A DNA stretch of 64,000 nt from Candidatus Eiseniibacteriota bacterium (GCA_963702435.1 CAVPCR010000004.1:1-64000); one strand, 5' to 3'; shown: positions 11,437 through 22,201, counted from the stretch's first letter. Numbers and translations are program-made. Notes: generated from the sequence alone by a model not told the origin.

Positions 11437-11581
11437 ACGCGGCCTGGCGGCTTCGCTCGCTGCGCTCGCTTCGCTGCAACCCGGCGCTCTCCGTCACGGC
11501 GCTTGCCGTGACGGGCTGCGCTGGAGTCCTCCTTGCTGCGGCAAGCGCCGTGCCGGCGCCGGGTTCGCCAGCCGCGGTATC

Positions 11582-11963
11582 GTTTTACGGTGCCCTCATC
11601 TCTGCAGTCTTGATTGCAGTGGAGCTCTGTCTCACCTTCAGGGAAACGCCGGTAGCTCCGTTGGAACGAAGAAGGAGGGCAGAAGGGGTCCCGTTGCCAT
11701 CCTCGGCGACGTCCCCTGCCACCTTGTTCACCATGTGGTCTGCGAACTGCGCCCGCTCTTGAGCGGCACGATCGCGCCGCGCCACCGCCGCCGGTAACTC
11801 GTCATGGTGACGCGCTTCGCATTCACCTGATTGCCCGTGTCCAACTCGCTCCTCCGGTGCTTCTGCCACCAGAGGTAGGGTAGGGAGTGTCTGGTCCGGC
11901 CGAACCGCTGGTGATTCCCTCGCGGCGGTTGCCCAGCCCGGCCAAAACCTGCCACCGTAAAAC
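11582..11963 (+). other. ORF-less cassette, family B
   Basis: Homolog of 2745-3126; ends GTTTTACGGTG/CACCGTAAAAC. Confidence 0.75.
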
Positions 11964-12052
11964 ACGTGGCCTGCTGGCTCCCCGTGCGCCGGCTGCGCCG
12001 GTAAGCGTGGGCACGCTCTTTGATGGATGTCGGATCACGGTAATCGATGGAG

Positions 12053-12904
12053 TCATCGGGTGACGCTCGCTTTGGTGCGGGGGCGCCCTGGTGCGGCGGG
12101 GACGGCGAAGATCTCGAGGTAGAGCTTCTCGTCGAGCTGGCGAGCGCTGCGCTGCACAGCGGCATCGAGGAGCTCGTTGGCCATGGTCATGACGACGCGG
12201 TGGTTGCCGGCGGCGTGCTCGCAGAGGGTGATCACCAGCTCGGTTGTCATGAGGCGGGGATTGCCGGCCTGGGCGAGCGCGTGGCGCAGTGTTTCCGCGA
12301 GCTCCTGCGGGGTGGCCGGTTGCAGGAGGAGGCGGACCCGGATGCGACTGCCGAGGGGCAGGAGCTCCTCGGCGCGGAACTTCTCGGTGAGCCGGCCGTC
12401 GCCGCCGAGCACGACGGTGAGAAGGGCGCGGGAGTCGAGCTCGGCGGTGGAGAGCAAGCGGAGTTCGTTGAGGACCGGGGGCTTCATCTCCTGCGCTTCA
12501 TCGACGACGAGGACCGGACGGAGAAGCGCGGCCTCGATGTGCGCCTGCCAGCGCTCGCGGAGGACGCGGGCGCCGGCCCAGCGATTGTGCGGCGAGAGCT
12601 GGACCCCGAAGAGATCACCAAGTTCGCGGTAGAAGTCGGGGATGCCGCTCTGCGGTCGGCTGAGGATGCGGACGGCGAGATCCTGGTGGGCGGCGAGCTT
12701 GTCGACCAGCAGCCGGAGGGCGACCGACTTGCCGAGGCCGGTGTCGCCGGTGATGAGGGCGAAGCCGCCCTCGCGGCTGAGGTTGTGCGTGCGCCAGCAG
12801 AAGTGTTCGATCTTGGGGGTGAGGAGGAGCGCCTCGGTCGGGACCTCGGGGGAGAAGGGGTTCCACTTGAGGCCGAGCACGGAGAGGAGCTTGTGGTTCA
12901 TCAC
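12053..12904 (-). CDS. ExeA/AAA-family ATPase (transposition helper)
   Basis: Walker A GDTGLGKS, Walker B VLVVDEAQ. Confidence 0.9.
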   Translation of the reverse strand: MMNHKLLSVLGLKWNPFSPEVPTEALLLTPKIEHFCWRTHNLSREGGFALITGDTGLGKSVALRLLVDKLAAHQDLAVRILSRPQSGIPDFYRELGDLFGVQLSPHNRWAGARVLRERWQAHIEAALLRPVLVVDEAQEMKPPVLNELRLLSTAELDSRALLTVVLGGDGRLTEKFRAEELLPLGSRIRVRLLLQPATPQELAETLRHALAQAGNPRLMTTELVITLCEHAAGNHRVVMTMANELLDAAVQRSARQLDEKLYLEIFAVPAAPGRPRTKASVTR

Positions 12905-14397
12905 GGCATCACCTCCCGCTCGTCGGCGGCGACGGGCTCCGCGTCGAGCTGCGACAAGTAAGCCGGAGGGAGCCCGGTGGCGGCGTAGTCGGCCATGAGC
13001 TGGCGGAGGAGCGGTGCGATCCCCACCGCCGCGGCGGCCGCTTGAGCTGCCGCCGGTTCGCGGGAGCTCGCCGGTACGAGGCGCCGCCGGAGGCCGTCGG
13101 CGTTCTTGGCCCGATCGAGGGGGTAGATGCGCGAGAGGATCGCCCCCGTGCGGTAGTCGACGAGAAAGACCTGGGTGAGATCCCAGCGCGCGTAGCGGAC
13201 GGTGACCTGCTCGAGGGTGCGGTAGTGCGCGGGGATCTCGAAGCGCTGGCCTTCGATGGTGACGGTGCCGTCGGAGCGGCGCTGGGTGCGGCGCTCCTCG
13301 GTCATGAAGGCAATGCGCAGCGGTTGACTGCCGGGGCTCGGGCGGCCGACATCGGGCCCTTGGAGATAGCGCTCGACCGGGGACTGGCGGGTCTCGGAGT
13401 GGATGGCGTGCTGGTACTCCATCTCGACCCAGGCTTGGGTGGCCTCGTTGAGGAAGGGCAGGGTGAGGTCGTGCACGCCCTCGAGCATAGCGAGGAGGCG
13501 CCCTTCGAGCTGCGCCCAGAACACCTCTTGCTTGGCGTTCTGGTAAGGGCTGTAGGGCAGGGTCGTGTGGTGAACGATGCCGAGCCGGGTGAGGCCCTGA
13601 GTGACCTCGGCAGCGACCATGGCGGACCCGTTATCAGTGAGGAGGGAGCGCGGAAGGGCGCGCTTCTGGAAGCCCTGCACCAGTGCATGAACGAGGTTCT
13701 CGGCGGTCTCCTCGGTGTACCACTGCAGGTGACAGGCGAGCCGGGAGCGATCGTCGAGCACGCCGAGAGCGAGCGGGGTCACCCAGTGCCCGCCCGCGGT
13801 GAGCACTTTCTTCGAGCCATGATGAAAGTCGAGATGCCAGAGGCCGTTGACATGCTCGGCCTCGAAGCTGCGCACCTCGCGGTCGGCGAGCCGCGCCGCG
13901 GCGCGCCGGGCGCCGGCGGTGTCGGCGCTCGTGACCCGGCGGTGCTTCCACAGCCCCTGCGCGGCCATGAACCGGCGGACGGTCGAGTACGAGGGCAGGG
14001 GACCGAGGGCCGGGTCGGTTGCCGCGAGTGCGACGAGGTTGTCGTAGTGCAGCGCATAGCTCCAGGTGCGATGCTGGCCGTACTGCGTCAACAGCGCCTG
14101 CTTGAGCGGGGCACCGATCGCGCGGTGCTGGCCGGAGTCCTGGCGGATCTTGCGGCGCAGGACGCCCACCGGATCGACCTTCGCGCGCCGGGCCTGGTGA
14201 TACCACCGTTCGATCGTGGAGACGGCGAACTGGGTGGGCTCGCCGGTGACCGGGTGGAGCCACGACTTGGCGGCGAGCTCGGCGAAGGCGGCGGCGAGTG
14301 TGCCGCGCGCCGGCGGGGCGGCCAAGAGGGGACCGACGATCGAGAAGCGCAGGTGCGCCCAGCGCTGGTGGACGGAGGGTCTGAGGATCTCGGACAT
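12901..14397 (-). CDS. DDE integrase/transposase (rve core, Mu-like C-terminus)
   Basis: LWHLDFH, LLTDNGSA, PYSPYQNAKQE. Confidence 0.9.
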   Translation of the reverse strand: MSEILRPSVHQRWAHLRFSIVGPLLAAPPARGTLAAAFAELAAKSWLHPVTGEPTQFAVSTIERWYHQARRAKVDPVGVLRRKIRQDSGQHRAIGAPLKQALLTQYGQHRTWSYALHYDNLVALAATDPALGPLPSYSTVRRFMAAQGLWKHRRVTSADTAGARRAAARLADREVRSFEAEHVNGLWHLDFHHGSKKVLTAGGHWVTPLALGVLDDRSRLACHLQWYTEETAENLVHALVQGFQKRALPRSLLTDNGSAMVAAEVTQGLTRLGIVHHTTLPYSPYQNAKQEVFWAQLEGRLLAMLEGVHDLTLPFLNEATQAWVEMEYQHAIHSETRQSPVERYLQGPDVGRPSPGSQPLRIAFMTEERRTQRRSDGTVTIEGQRFEIPAHYRTLEQVTVRYARWDLTQVFLVDYRTGAILSRIYPLDRAKNADGLRRRLVPASSREPAAAQAAAAAVGIAPLLRQLMADYAATGLPPAYLSQLDAEPVAADEREVMP

Positions 14398-14460
14398 GGC
14401 GTTCGCTCCCTTTGCTGTTCATCGGCGGCGGCCTGGCGATCGGAGCGGACGCTAGCGGGG

Positions 14461-15072
14461 TCATCGCGGCCATGCAGCGTGCATCCTCTGCGGATCGGTC
14501 GCGACCCGCGGAGAGGTTGCACGCGACGTGGTGATCGGGCTGATGAAGCGCAGGAGTGCCAAGAGCTGCGCTCGTGGTTCGCCGGGGAAGCGGTCGAGCA
14601 GTCGCCGCGGCAGCGCCGTGGCGGTGAGCGGCGGCTGGAAGCGGCTCCGCGCCGCCCGCCAGAAGGGACTCTGAACGAAGGTGGTTCGCCACCAGTGACG
14701 CCAGCGGGCGAGTGTGCGCCGGTTCATCCCGAGCAGCGCGCACAGGCGCCCCGCCCGCGCCGGTGTCATCCCGTGCCGCAGCGCGGAGGCGACCACCACC
14801 ACGACCGCCTGATACACTTTGCGGCCGAGGAAGCGCAGGGAGGGCGGCGTGGCGCGCCTCCGGCACCCGTCCACCGCGCAGCAGAAGCTCAGCCGCTTGC
14901 CCTGTCCCGGGTCGCTCTCAGCCAGCCCGCCGCGGGGCTTGCGGAGGTAGTCGGCGCGGTGGAGCGTCCCCCCGCAGCCGCAACCGCCCTGGCGGACTTC
15001 CTCGGCGGACAACTGGTCGATCTGCCACAAGGCCTCGCCGAGGGTTCCATCCCCGATCAGGCTGAGGTACAA
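14461..15072 (-). CDS. Transposon accessory Cys-containing protein
   Basis: CGCGG...CCAVDGCRRRATPPSLRFLGRKVY; directly upstream of the transposase. Confidence 0.7.
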   Translation of the reverse strand: MYLSLIGDGTLGEALWQIDQLSAEEVRQGGCGCGGTLHRADYLRKPRGGLAESDPGQGKRLSFCCAVDGCRRRATPPSLRFLGRKVYQAVVVVVASALRHGMTPARAGRLCALLGMNRRTLARWRHWWRTTFVQSPFWRAARSRFQPPLTATALPRRLLDRFPGEPRAQLLALLRFISPITTSRATSPRVATDPQRMHAAWPR

Positions 15073-15242
15073 TCCAGGCCTCCTTCGTCTTGCAGGACTG
15101 AAGGAGGAAACCCCCTCGGGGCGCTTGAATCAAGCTCCTTGAGGGGGTTCTGCTTACGCTATCCGATGGCCGGGTACCCGCGCCCATCAGCAACCGTGCT
15201 CGGAACCCAACCCCCCCCCATCAACTTCCGTGATCACGCTGA

Positions 15243-15923
15243 CTGGGGGGTGTTCTTACCTGTCCCAGTTTCGAAGAGATCGGACCCGATGCCGCGATCA
15301 TTGGCCTAACGCTGATGCGTGGAGTAATAGGTCTTCGGGGGGGCGGTCTCTGCGAGGACTTCTCACCGCTCGTGATCAACTGCGTCTTTCTCTACAACAT
15401 CAACTGCGCGGTGTCGTTAACTGGAGCTGGTCGGCCCGAATTCACCCACTGCGTATTCTCAGAGACTGCCGGTCCTGCCATTGGGATGAGTGGACGCTCA
15501 GTTAACTTCTATAACTGCACCTTCTATTACAACGCCGGCCGTCCAGCGAGTGCTCTGGTCATGAGCACTCCCTCCTTTCAGTCCTCTTCTGCGTTCCTCT
15601 CCAATTGCATCATCGCCTTTGGCCTTACAGGGCCCCCCGTCTCCTGTGCGCAGGGGAGCTCCGTTGTCCTCTCGTGCTGCGACGTGTTTGGTAACGAGTT
15701 GGGAGACTGGGTGGGATGTATTTCCGGTCAGGGCGCACTGTACGGGAACATCTCTCTCGACCCTCTCTTTTGCGACGCCGCGCATCAAGACTTCCGCATT
15801 AGTACCCTCTCGCCCTGTGCTCTTCCACCCGCATGCGGTCTGATTGGAGCGCGCCCAGTTGGATGTGGACCACAGGCTATCGAGTCCATGTCTTGGGGAC
15901 GCGTCAAGGCCAGGTTCCGCTAG
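15243..15923 (+). pseudogene. 5'-truncated beta-helix protein with SWGRVK tail
   Basis: Homologous to the 3' part of 9354-10307; reading frame begins at the transposon end. Confidence 0.8.
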
Positions 15924-16214
15924 GCTGTGAGCGGTCGGCTAACACGCGGCCTGGCGGCTCCGCTCGCTCGCAGACTCACTCGCTCCGCGCAACCCGGCGC
16001 TCGCCGTCACGGCGCTTGCCGTGACGGGCCGCGTTGGAGGCTCCCTTGCTGCGGCAAGCGCCGTGCCGGGCGCCGGGTTCGCCAGCCGCGGTATCGTTAG
16101 GCGCCAGGCCACTGGAGCTGCGACCCCGTCGACACAAGGCCCGTCGGCCCCCGTGGGAACCGCCGGGGTGACGGGCCTGTAGTACAACCAAAACGTCCCG
16201 GAGGAGGGGTCTTT

Positions 16215-17702
16215 ATGGCATCGCCCGCCGGTCCTCCCACTACCTTGTGGTTGGCCTGTCTCGTCCTACCCGCGATCCTCGCCCCGCGAGCCTACGCCGC
16301 AACCATCCGCGTTCCTGCCGACCAGCCTACGATCCAAGCTGGAATCGATGCCGCCCAGTCCGGGGATGTGGTCCTTGTCGCAGCCGGCGCCTACACGGGT
16401 TCGCACAACAAGAACCTGGACTTTCGGAGCAAGGACATAGCGGTGCGCGGCGAATCGGGTCCCGAGGTCACGACGATCGACTGCGAAGGGAACGGCCGGG
16501 GATTCTTTCTTCTTGGTCCACTGACTCCGGCCGCGACGATCGACGGCCTTACCATCATGAACGGTGATGCCGCAGGAGGCGAAGCGGTTGGTGGTGGAGC
16601 CATGTTCATAGCCGGGGGGGGGCCAACCATCGAGAACTGCCATTTCGTGCACAACACCGCCGTCGGGCTGTTGCAGAACGGTGGCGGCGGCGCCATCTCC
16701 TTGTACAATGCGGGTGCCGCAATCAACCGCTGCGTCTTCATCGAGAATGCAGTTTCCGGATCGAGCACCATCGGGGGTGCGCTTGCCATTCACCAATCGC
16801 ATGGTGTTTCCGTTAGCGATTGTCGTTTCGAGCGCAACGTGGTCACCGTGACGAGCGGTGGAGGCGGGGGTATCGGAGTCGCTTCCATGGCGCCCGACAT
16901 GGGGACCACGATCAAGGACTGCGAATTTCTCGGTAACGAAGCGAGAATTGGCGGCGGGGTTTTCGGTGACCAGGTGCAGTTGATCAATTGCAGATTTGAA
17001 GGTAATCGAGCGCGAGAGGGCGGTGGCGCCAGCGTCTTGTCGTCCGAAGTAACCGCCTGTTTGTTCACTGGCAACGTGGCCACCACTCATTCCGGCGGGG
17101 CAGCGATCGGCGAGGCCTCGGCAGTAGTCCGGTGTGTTTTCACCAAGAACCTGGCTGTCGAAGGCGGAGGTATACGCTGCGTTGGATTCACAACGCTGAT
17201 TTCAGATTGCCTCATCGCACATAATGTCGCTACGCGGGGGGGTGGGGTCGCGGCGGCCCTTCGCCCATGTCAATTCCTGAATTGCACGATCGCCCGCAAC
17301 GAGGCCGAGATCGGCAGCGGTGTCTTCCTGACGAGCCGTGAGCCGGCAACATGGGTCTTCGAAAACACCGTAATCGAGGGTGGGGGGACGGGGGAGGCAA
17401 TCAGATGCGAAGGGCTTGCGAGTGCCGTCCTTACCTGCTCCGATGTTTTTGGCAACCGTGGGGGGGACTGGGTCGGGTGCATCGAGGGTCAGAAGGGGGT
17501 TCGTGGGAACTTCGCAGTGGATCCATGGTTCTGTGGGCCAAGCGAAGAGAACTTCACCCTGGCGGCCAACTCGCCGTGCCTTCCTGGGAACCACCCGCAG
17601 GGGATTGAGTGCGGACTGATCGGCGCTTTCGGCGAGGGCTGTGGGCCCGTGCAGGTCGAGGGCAGCACGTGGGGGGCGATCAAGGCTCGGTATCGAGACT
17701 GA
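16215..17702 (+). CDS. Secreted beta-helix repeat protein (Pmp-like GGA(I)/FxxN repeats) with TWG tail
   Basis: RBS GGAGG, TIRVPADQPTIQAGIDAA, ends TWGAIKARYRD. Confidence 0.88.
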   Translation: MASPAGPPTTLWLACLVLPAILAPRAYAATIRVPADQPTIQAGIDAAQSGDVVLVAAGAYTGSHNKNLDFRSKDIAVRGESGPEVTTIDCEGNGRGFFLLGPLTPAATIDGLTIMNGDAAGGEAVGGGAMFIAGGGPTIENCHFVHNTAVGLLQNGGGGAISLYNAGAAINRCVFIENAVSGSSTIGGALAIHQSHGVSVSDCRFERNVVTVTSGGGGGIGVASMAPDMGTTIKDCEFLGNEARIGGGVFGDQVQLINCRFEGNRAREGGGASVLSSEVTACLFTGNVATTHSGGAAIGEASAVVRCVFTKNLAVEGGGIRCVGFTTLISDCLIAHNVATRGGGVAAALRPCQFLNCTIARNEAEIGSGVFLTSREPATWVFENTVIEGGGTGEAIRCEGLASAVLTCSDVFGNRGGDWVGCIEGQKGVRGNFAVDPWFCGPSEENFTLAANSPCLPGNHPQGIECGLIGAFGEGCGPVQVEGSTWGAIKARYRD

Positions 17703-17955
17703 GCAACTGCGGCGCGCGGGATCGAGCCTTTCCCGCTGCTACCGATCGGTAGTAGGTTTTACCTCCTCTGACCGGATGCAACGACGATAGACCTTGGCCT
17801 GGCGCCTAACACGCGGCCTGGCGGCTCCGCTCGCTGCGCTCGCTTCGCCCAACCCGGCGCTTTCCGTCACGGCGCTTGCCGTGACGGGCCGTGCTGGAGT
17901 CCTCCTTGCTGCGGCAAGCGCCGTGCCGGGCGCCGGGTTCGCCAGCCGCGGTATC

Positions 17956-18834
17956 GTTTTGCGGTGGCCTCGTCTCCGCAGTCTTGATTGCAGTGGGGCT
18001 CTGTCTCGCCTTCAGTGAATCGCCGGTAGCTCCGTTGTCACGAAGAAAGAGAGTAGAAGGGGTCCCGTTGCCACACTCGGCTACGTCCCCTGCCACCTTG
18101 TTCACGATGAGGTCTGCGAACTGCGCTCGCTCTTGAGCGGCACGATCGCGCCGCGCGGGTCTCCGCCGGTAAAAGGAAGGGTCGATCTCCCATCTCTCAT
18201 CCTTCGCCGCCAGTGCTCCGCGGAGTCTCCTTCTCTGGTGACCGCCAACGCGGTCCGGGCTCTGCACTCTGAAGGTGATCGCATCGTTCCGCATCGCTCC
18301 GGCTACCCTCGTGCTGCCACCCGGTCTTCCGTGCCTGGCCGGGGTCGGGGCCAGCAGCGATCTCGCTTCACGCCCCGCGCCCGGCCTCGTCAAGGCTTGG
18401 TGCTTGCTGCTAATCGGAGAGGTTCTGTCTCGTCTTCACGCCAGCGCTTCGCTTCCGGCGAGACTCAGGGCCATCGCTGGTGGCTTCGCCACCTCACACC
18501 TCCGAAGTCCATTCTGGGCCCTTCGTGGTCCAAGCACCGCGCGCGGCGCCTACGATCAGTGAACGCTCGCGTTCCTCCCTGGCTCCGCGGGTCAGGCAAG
18601 GAACGGTCGGTACTCGATTCCATTCCTCAGCCACCCCGTGGTCGGGCGAACCCTCTCCGCGCGGTGACAGCGGAACATCGTCCAGCCATCGCGTCAGGCG
18701 GAGGACGAGCCTCTGCCCTGCATCAGCGCACGCTCATGCTTCGTGGCTGGGGGCGCGGGGCCCCCAGCGTGTGCGATCAGTGACCGGCCGCGAGAGCTGA
18801 GATCTCGATAATCTGATCCGGGCGAGCGCCAAAC
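17956..18834 (+). other. Chimeric ORF-less cassette (family B 5' part + family C 3' part)
   Basis: Junction near 18170; ends not complementary. Confidence 0.75.
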
Positions 18835-19014
18835 ACGCGGCCTGGCGGCTCCGCTCGCTACGCTCGCTCCGCTGCAACCCGGCGCTTTCCGTCACGGCGC
18901 TTGCCGTGACGGGCCGCGTTGGAGGCCACCTTGCTGCGGCAAGCGCCGTGCCGGCGCCGGGTTCGCCAGCCGCGGGATCGTTAGCCGAACCCCACACTGA
19001 AGGCGCCCATCGGG

Positions 19015-19698
19015 GTGATTGACATGATCATTGTGCCGATCCATAGGCGAGCGGTACACCGGGCCATTGCCGGGTCGGTCAACCTCCTCGCAATTGCAGT
19101 CCTCACGTCACCAGCAATCGCCGGGCCCAACTCAAACGCGGCGTTGGTGCTTCATGCCGTCCGCAGCGACTACTCGACTGCCTGCGACATCGATGACCCG
19201 TGCTTGCCCTTCCCGGGGCATCCCCAGGTTGAGATTGTCGAGCCTGGGCAGCCTCATGCTGTCTATGTCTTGCTCCGCAACTTCGATAACGTATTCTATC
19301 TCCAATTTGCACTTGACTGGCCTCAAGACTGGGGACGTGCATTCGGCTGGTGGTACTGCCAGATGGGCTGCATTTGCGAGCAGTTTCCAGACCAGCCTGG
19401 CCCAGTGCTCGGAGCGTATAGCTGCTGCTTCAACTGCATCACTGGTGGGGCCTCTACCGTAATCGGCTACATGTTCTTCCAGACCCCATCCGCTGGCTGC
19501 ATTTCGATCGTTGACGCCGCCGTCGGTGTTCCCCAGGGAACATTCGTCGAGAGCTGTGCCGGAGGGCTCGATATCGACCCCGTCCTCCAGCGGAATCGAG
19601 GTCGTGTTTGCGTCGGCCCTGGGGGAGTCAATGCTTGCGAAAGCCCCGCCCCTGTTGAGTCGTCCACTTGGGGGCAGGTCAAGCGGGCATTTCCGTAG
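19015..19698 (+). CDS. Secreted Cys-rich family protein with TWG tail
   Basis: LVLH...DPC...GRVCVGPGG...TWGQVKRAFP. Confidence 0.8.
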   Translation: MIDMIIVPIHRRAVHRAIAGSVNLLAIAVLTSPAIAGPNSNAALVLHAVRSDYSTACDIDDPCLPFPGHPQVEIVEPGQPHAVYVLLRNFDNVFYLQFALDWPQDWGRAFGWWYCQMGCICEQFPDQPGPVLGAYSCCFNCITGGASTVIGYMFFQTPSAGCISIVDAAVGVPQGTFVESCAGGLDIDPVLQRNRGRVCVGPGGVNACESPAPVESSTWGQVKRAFP

Positions 19699-20075
19699 TT
19701 GCTGGCAAGCGACGTGGGGTTCGGCTAACACGCGGCCCGGCGGCTCCGCTCGCTGCGCTCGCTCCGCTGCAACCCGGCGCTCTCCGTCACGGCGCTTGCC
19801 GTGAAGGGCTGGGCTGGAAGCCCCCTTTCTACGGCAAGCGCCGTGCCGGCGCCGGGTTCGCCAGCCGCGGTATCGTTATGTACACGTCCTCGGATCGCGT
19901 TGACACTGCCTTCCCACCCCGACAGGGTTGGATTCTCGACGCTGATCTCGCGAGGGGTTTTGCCCGGGGCCATCGTGCCGATGCGGTGCCTGCCTTACCC
20001 AGAAGTCCCACCGGGCGGTGGCGCCGCACACTGCCCCGGCTGGCGTGATCCCAGCAGCGGTGCTACTCTCGTCCC

Positions 20076-20345
20076 ATGCCGGAACTCTCTCGGTTCTTTG
20101 GGATCATCGTGCGAATGTTCGCGGAGGCTGGAGAACCGCATCACACGGCTCATTTTCATGCCTACTATCAGGACCATATCGGCGTCTTCGGCATTGACCC
20201 CGTCGAGTTGCTTGCCGGCTCTTTCCCTCGTCGCCAGCAACGCCTGGTTGAGGCATGGGCGGAGCTCCATCAGCAGGAGCTTCTTCAGGACTGGGAGCGC
20301 CTGCAGTCGGGCCAGCGGCCTTTGCCCATCGATCCACTTCGCTAA
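20076..20345 (+). CDS. DUF4160-family protein (putative TA component)
   Basis: MPELSRFFGIIVRMF...HHTAHFHAYY...IDPL. Confidence 0.88.
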   Translation: MPELSRFFGIIVRMFAEAGEPHHTAHFHAYYQDHIGVFGIDPVELLAGSFPRRQQRLVEAWAELHQQELLQDWERLQSGQRPLPIDPLR

Positions 20346-20354
20346 CGAGGCCAA

Positions 20355-20651
20355 ATGAAGCACCCAATCGTTCGCGTCGAATCCTTCGAGATCGTCGGGC
20401 CCTACACGCTACGCGTTGCGTTCGACGATGGCTCGGCGCAGGTTATCGACTTCCGCCCAGTTCTTTCCGGCGAGCTGTTCGGACCGCTTCAGGACCTCGC
20501 GTTGTTCAATCGTGTTCACATTGACCTCGAGGTTAGAACCCTCGTTTGGCCCAACGGCGCCGACTTCGACCCTGCTACTCTTCACGCGTGGCCCCAGTAC
20601 GCTCGCGCCATGGAGCAACTTGCTCGTCGCTGGGAGCGCGGCGCTGCCTGA
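20355..20651 (+). CDS. DUF2442-family protein (putative TA partner)
   Basis: YTLRVAFDDG...LVWPNGADFDP. Confidence 0.88.
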   Translation: MKHPIVRVESFEIVGPYTLRVAFDDGSAQVIDFRPVLSGELFGPLQDLALFNRVHIDLEVRTLVWPNGADFDPATLHAWPQYARAMEQLARRWERGAA

Positions 20652-20926
20652 GCGCATCCGCTTGACAAGCTGCGCTGTAATCGGGTTTCCAACAACCGGC
20701 ACGCTCCTCAAGATCGCCGTGAAACGGAGTACGGCCGTGCACATAACACGCGGCCTGGCGGCTCCGCTCGCTGCGCTCGCTCCGCTGCAACCCGGCGCTT
20801 TCCGTCACGGCGCTTGCCATGACGGGCTGCGCTGGAGTCCTCTTTGCTGCGGCAAGCGCGGTGCCGGGCGCCGGGTTCGCCAGCCGCGGTATCGTTTTGC
20901 GCCAGGCCCTGACGAACAAGTAATCG

Positions 20927-21425
20927 ATGTCCTTGGTAAGCACGACACACTGGCGTCTTGCCGCCCTCGTGGCCCTGATCGCGGCCGCAGTGCTCTCCGT
21001 GATCGCGTGGCCAATCGTCGCCAACCGCCGGACCCGCTCTGAGCGGACGATCGACTTCGAGCCTATTCCAGGCAGCGCATCCCCTGATGTGACGGAGAAT
21101 GGCGCCGGGTAAGGCGGAGCGACGCAGCGAGCAGAGCCGCCAGGCCGCGTGTTTTGCGCCAGGCCCGGCCCGCAGCAGATCGATCGATCACCGGCAAGTG
21201 CGGAAGGTGAGGACTTGGTGGTCCGCCGCACGGAGTGCCCAGACGCGCACATGGGAGAGGTGGACCGGCCTGTCGGGTGACATGTTCTCCCACCCGCAGA
21301 GGATGATCCAAATGTCATCCCCGCGTACTGCCTGCAGTGGCTAGTCTGCGGGACCACTCCTGTACGATGCGGGTCCACTCCATGGCCCAGCTACGGACCC
21401 GCTATTGGCGACAACTGACGTCACA
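20927..21425 (+). pseudogene. Cassette gene broken by an inversion
   Basis: N-terminal TM part 20927-21094; remainder lies on the minus strand 21155-21425 with half an attC. Confidence 0.6.
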
Positions 21426-21440
21426 GGGAGGGCATGACCC

Positions 21441-22103
21441 ATGAAGGCTGTTCTACTTTGCACCCTCGCTCTCGAGGTCCTGCTCGCCGCCACGGCGATG
21501 GCTCAGGGGTGGCTTGAGACAGGTGACGCGGGTGATCTTCCGGCCACAGCTCAGGTTCCGATTGGCAACGGACCCCTCACCTCGATCACTGGCACTCTCT
21601 CTTCTCCCATGGACGTGGATTGCTACGTCATCATCATCCTCTGGCCGTGGCCCTGGCCCCCGCCACCACCGCCGACGTGCGGGACTAACTGCCGCGCGAC
21701 GACCTGCGGCGGGGCGATCTTCGATACCCAGCTCTTTCTCTTCAATCATACGACCGGGCTCGGCGTGACCCACAACGACGACGATCCGGAGGGTTGCGGC
21801 GTCCAATCCACGATTACCCGACAGTTCGTGCCCGAGGGTGTCCTAGGCGAGTACATGATCGCCATCAGCGGGTTCAACCGAGACCCCGTGGATTCGGCGG
21901 GCGCTCGCATTTGGTTGAACTCCCCGTTCAACGTTGAGCGTCAGCCTGACGGTCCTGGTGCCGCGAACCCGATCGCGGGCTGGACCGGCTACGGTGGGGC
22001 TGATACTTACATCATCAGAATACCCGCCGGGGCGTTCTTCGTCGGCACGGTGGATGTCGAGCCGACAACATGGGGCAGCATTAAGTCCATGTATCGCAAC
22101 TAG
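21441..22103 (+). CDS. Secreted protein (DVUA0089/PPC-like domain) with TWG tail
   Basis: GDAGDLPATAQ, FDTQLFLF, NDD; ends TWGSIKSMYRN. Confidence 0.8.
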   Translation: MKAVLLCTLALEVLLAATAMAQGWLETGDAGDLPATAQVPIGNGPLTSITGTLSSPMDVDCYVIIILWPWPWPPPPPPTCGTNCRATTCGGAIFDTQLFLFNHTTGLGVTHNDDDPEGCGVQSTITRQFVPEGVLGEYMIAISGFNRDPVDSAGARIWLNSPFNVERQPDGPGAANPIAGWTGYGGADTYIIRIPAGAFFVGTVDVEPTTWGSIKSMYRN

Positions 22104-22201
22104 GAGGGCGACTATGACCGTGCCCTCGTGACCTCGCTGCCGAGCCTCTTCCGCATACTCAGGCGACACCCGGTGGACGAGTTGAAGCGCAGCCCCCCCC
22201 C

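Larger units (their letters stand above)
12001..15243 (-). mobile_element. Three-gene transposon (small ORF + DDE transposase + ExeA-like ATPase)
   Basis: Imperfect terminal IR GTAAGCGTGGGCACGCTCTTTGATGG vs GTCAGCGTGATCACGGAAGTTGATGG (19/26) with internal repeated CACGG-N5-GATGG-like sites; no target-site duplication. Confidence 0.85.

Noticed and set aside
12001..15158. IS66 assignment from the GTAAGCG end, with a right end at GCTTAC 15158
   Set aside because: Gene content is not IS66, and a longer IR match ends at 15243
21155..21425. TAG recoding in the reconstructed inverted gene
   Set aside because: TAG is used as a normal stop by many genes here; a nonsense mutation in a broken gene is simpler
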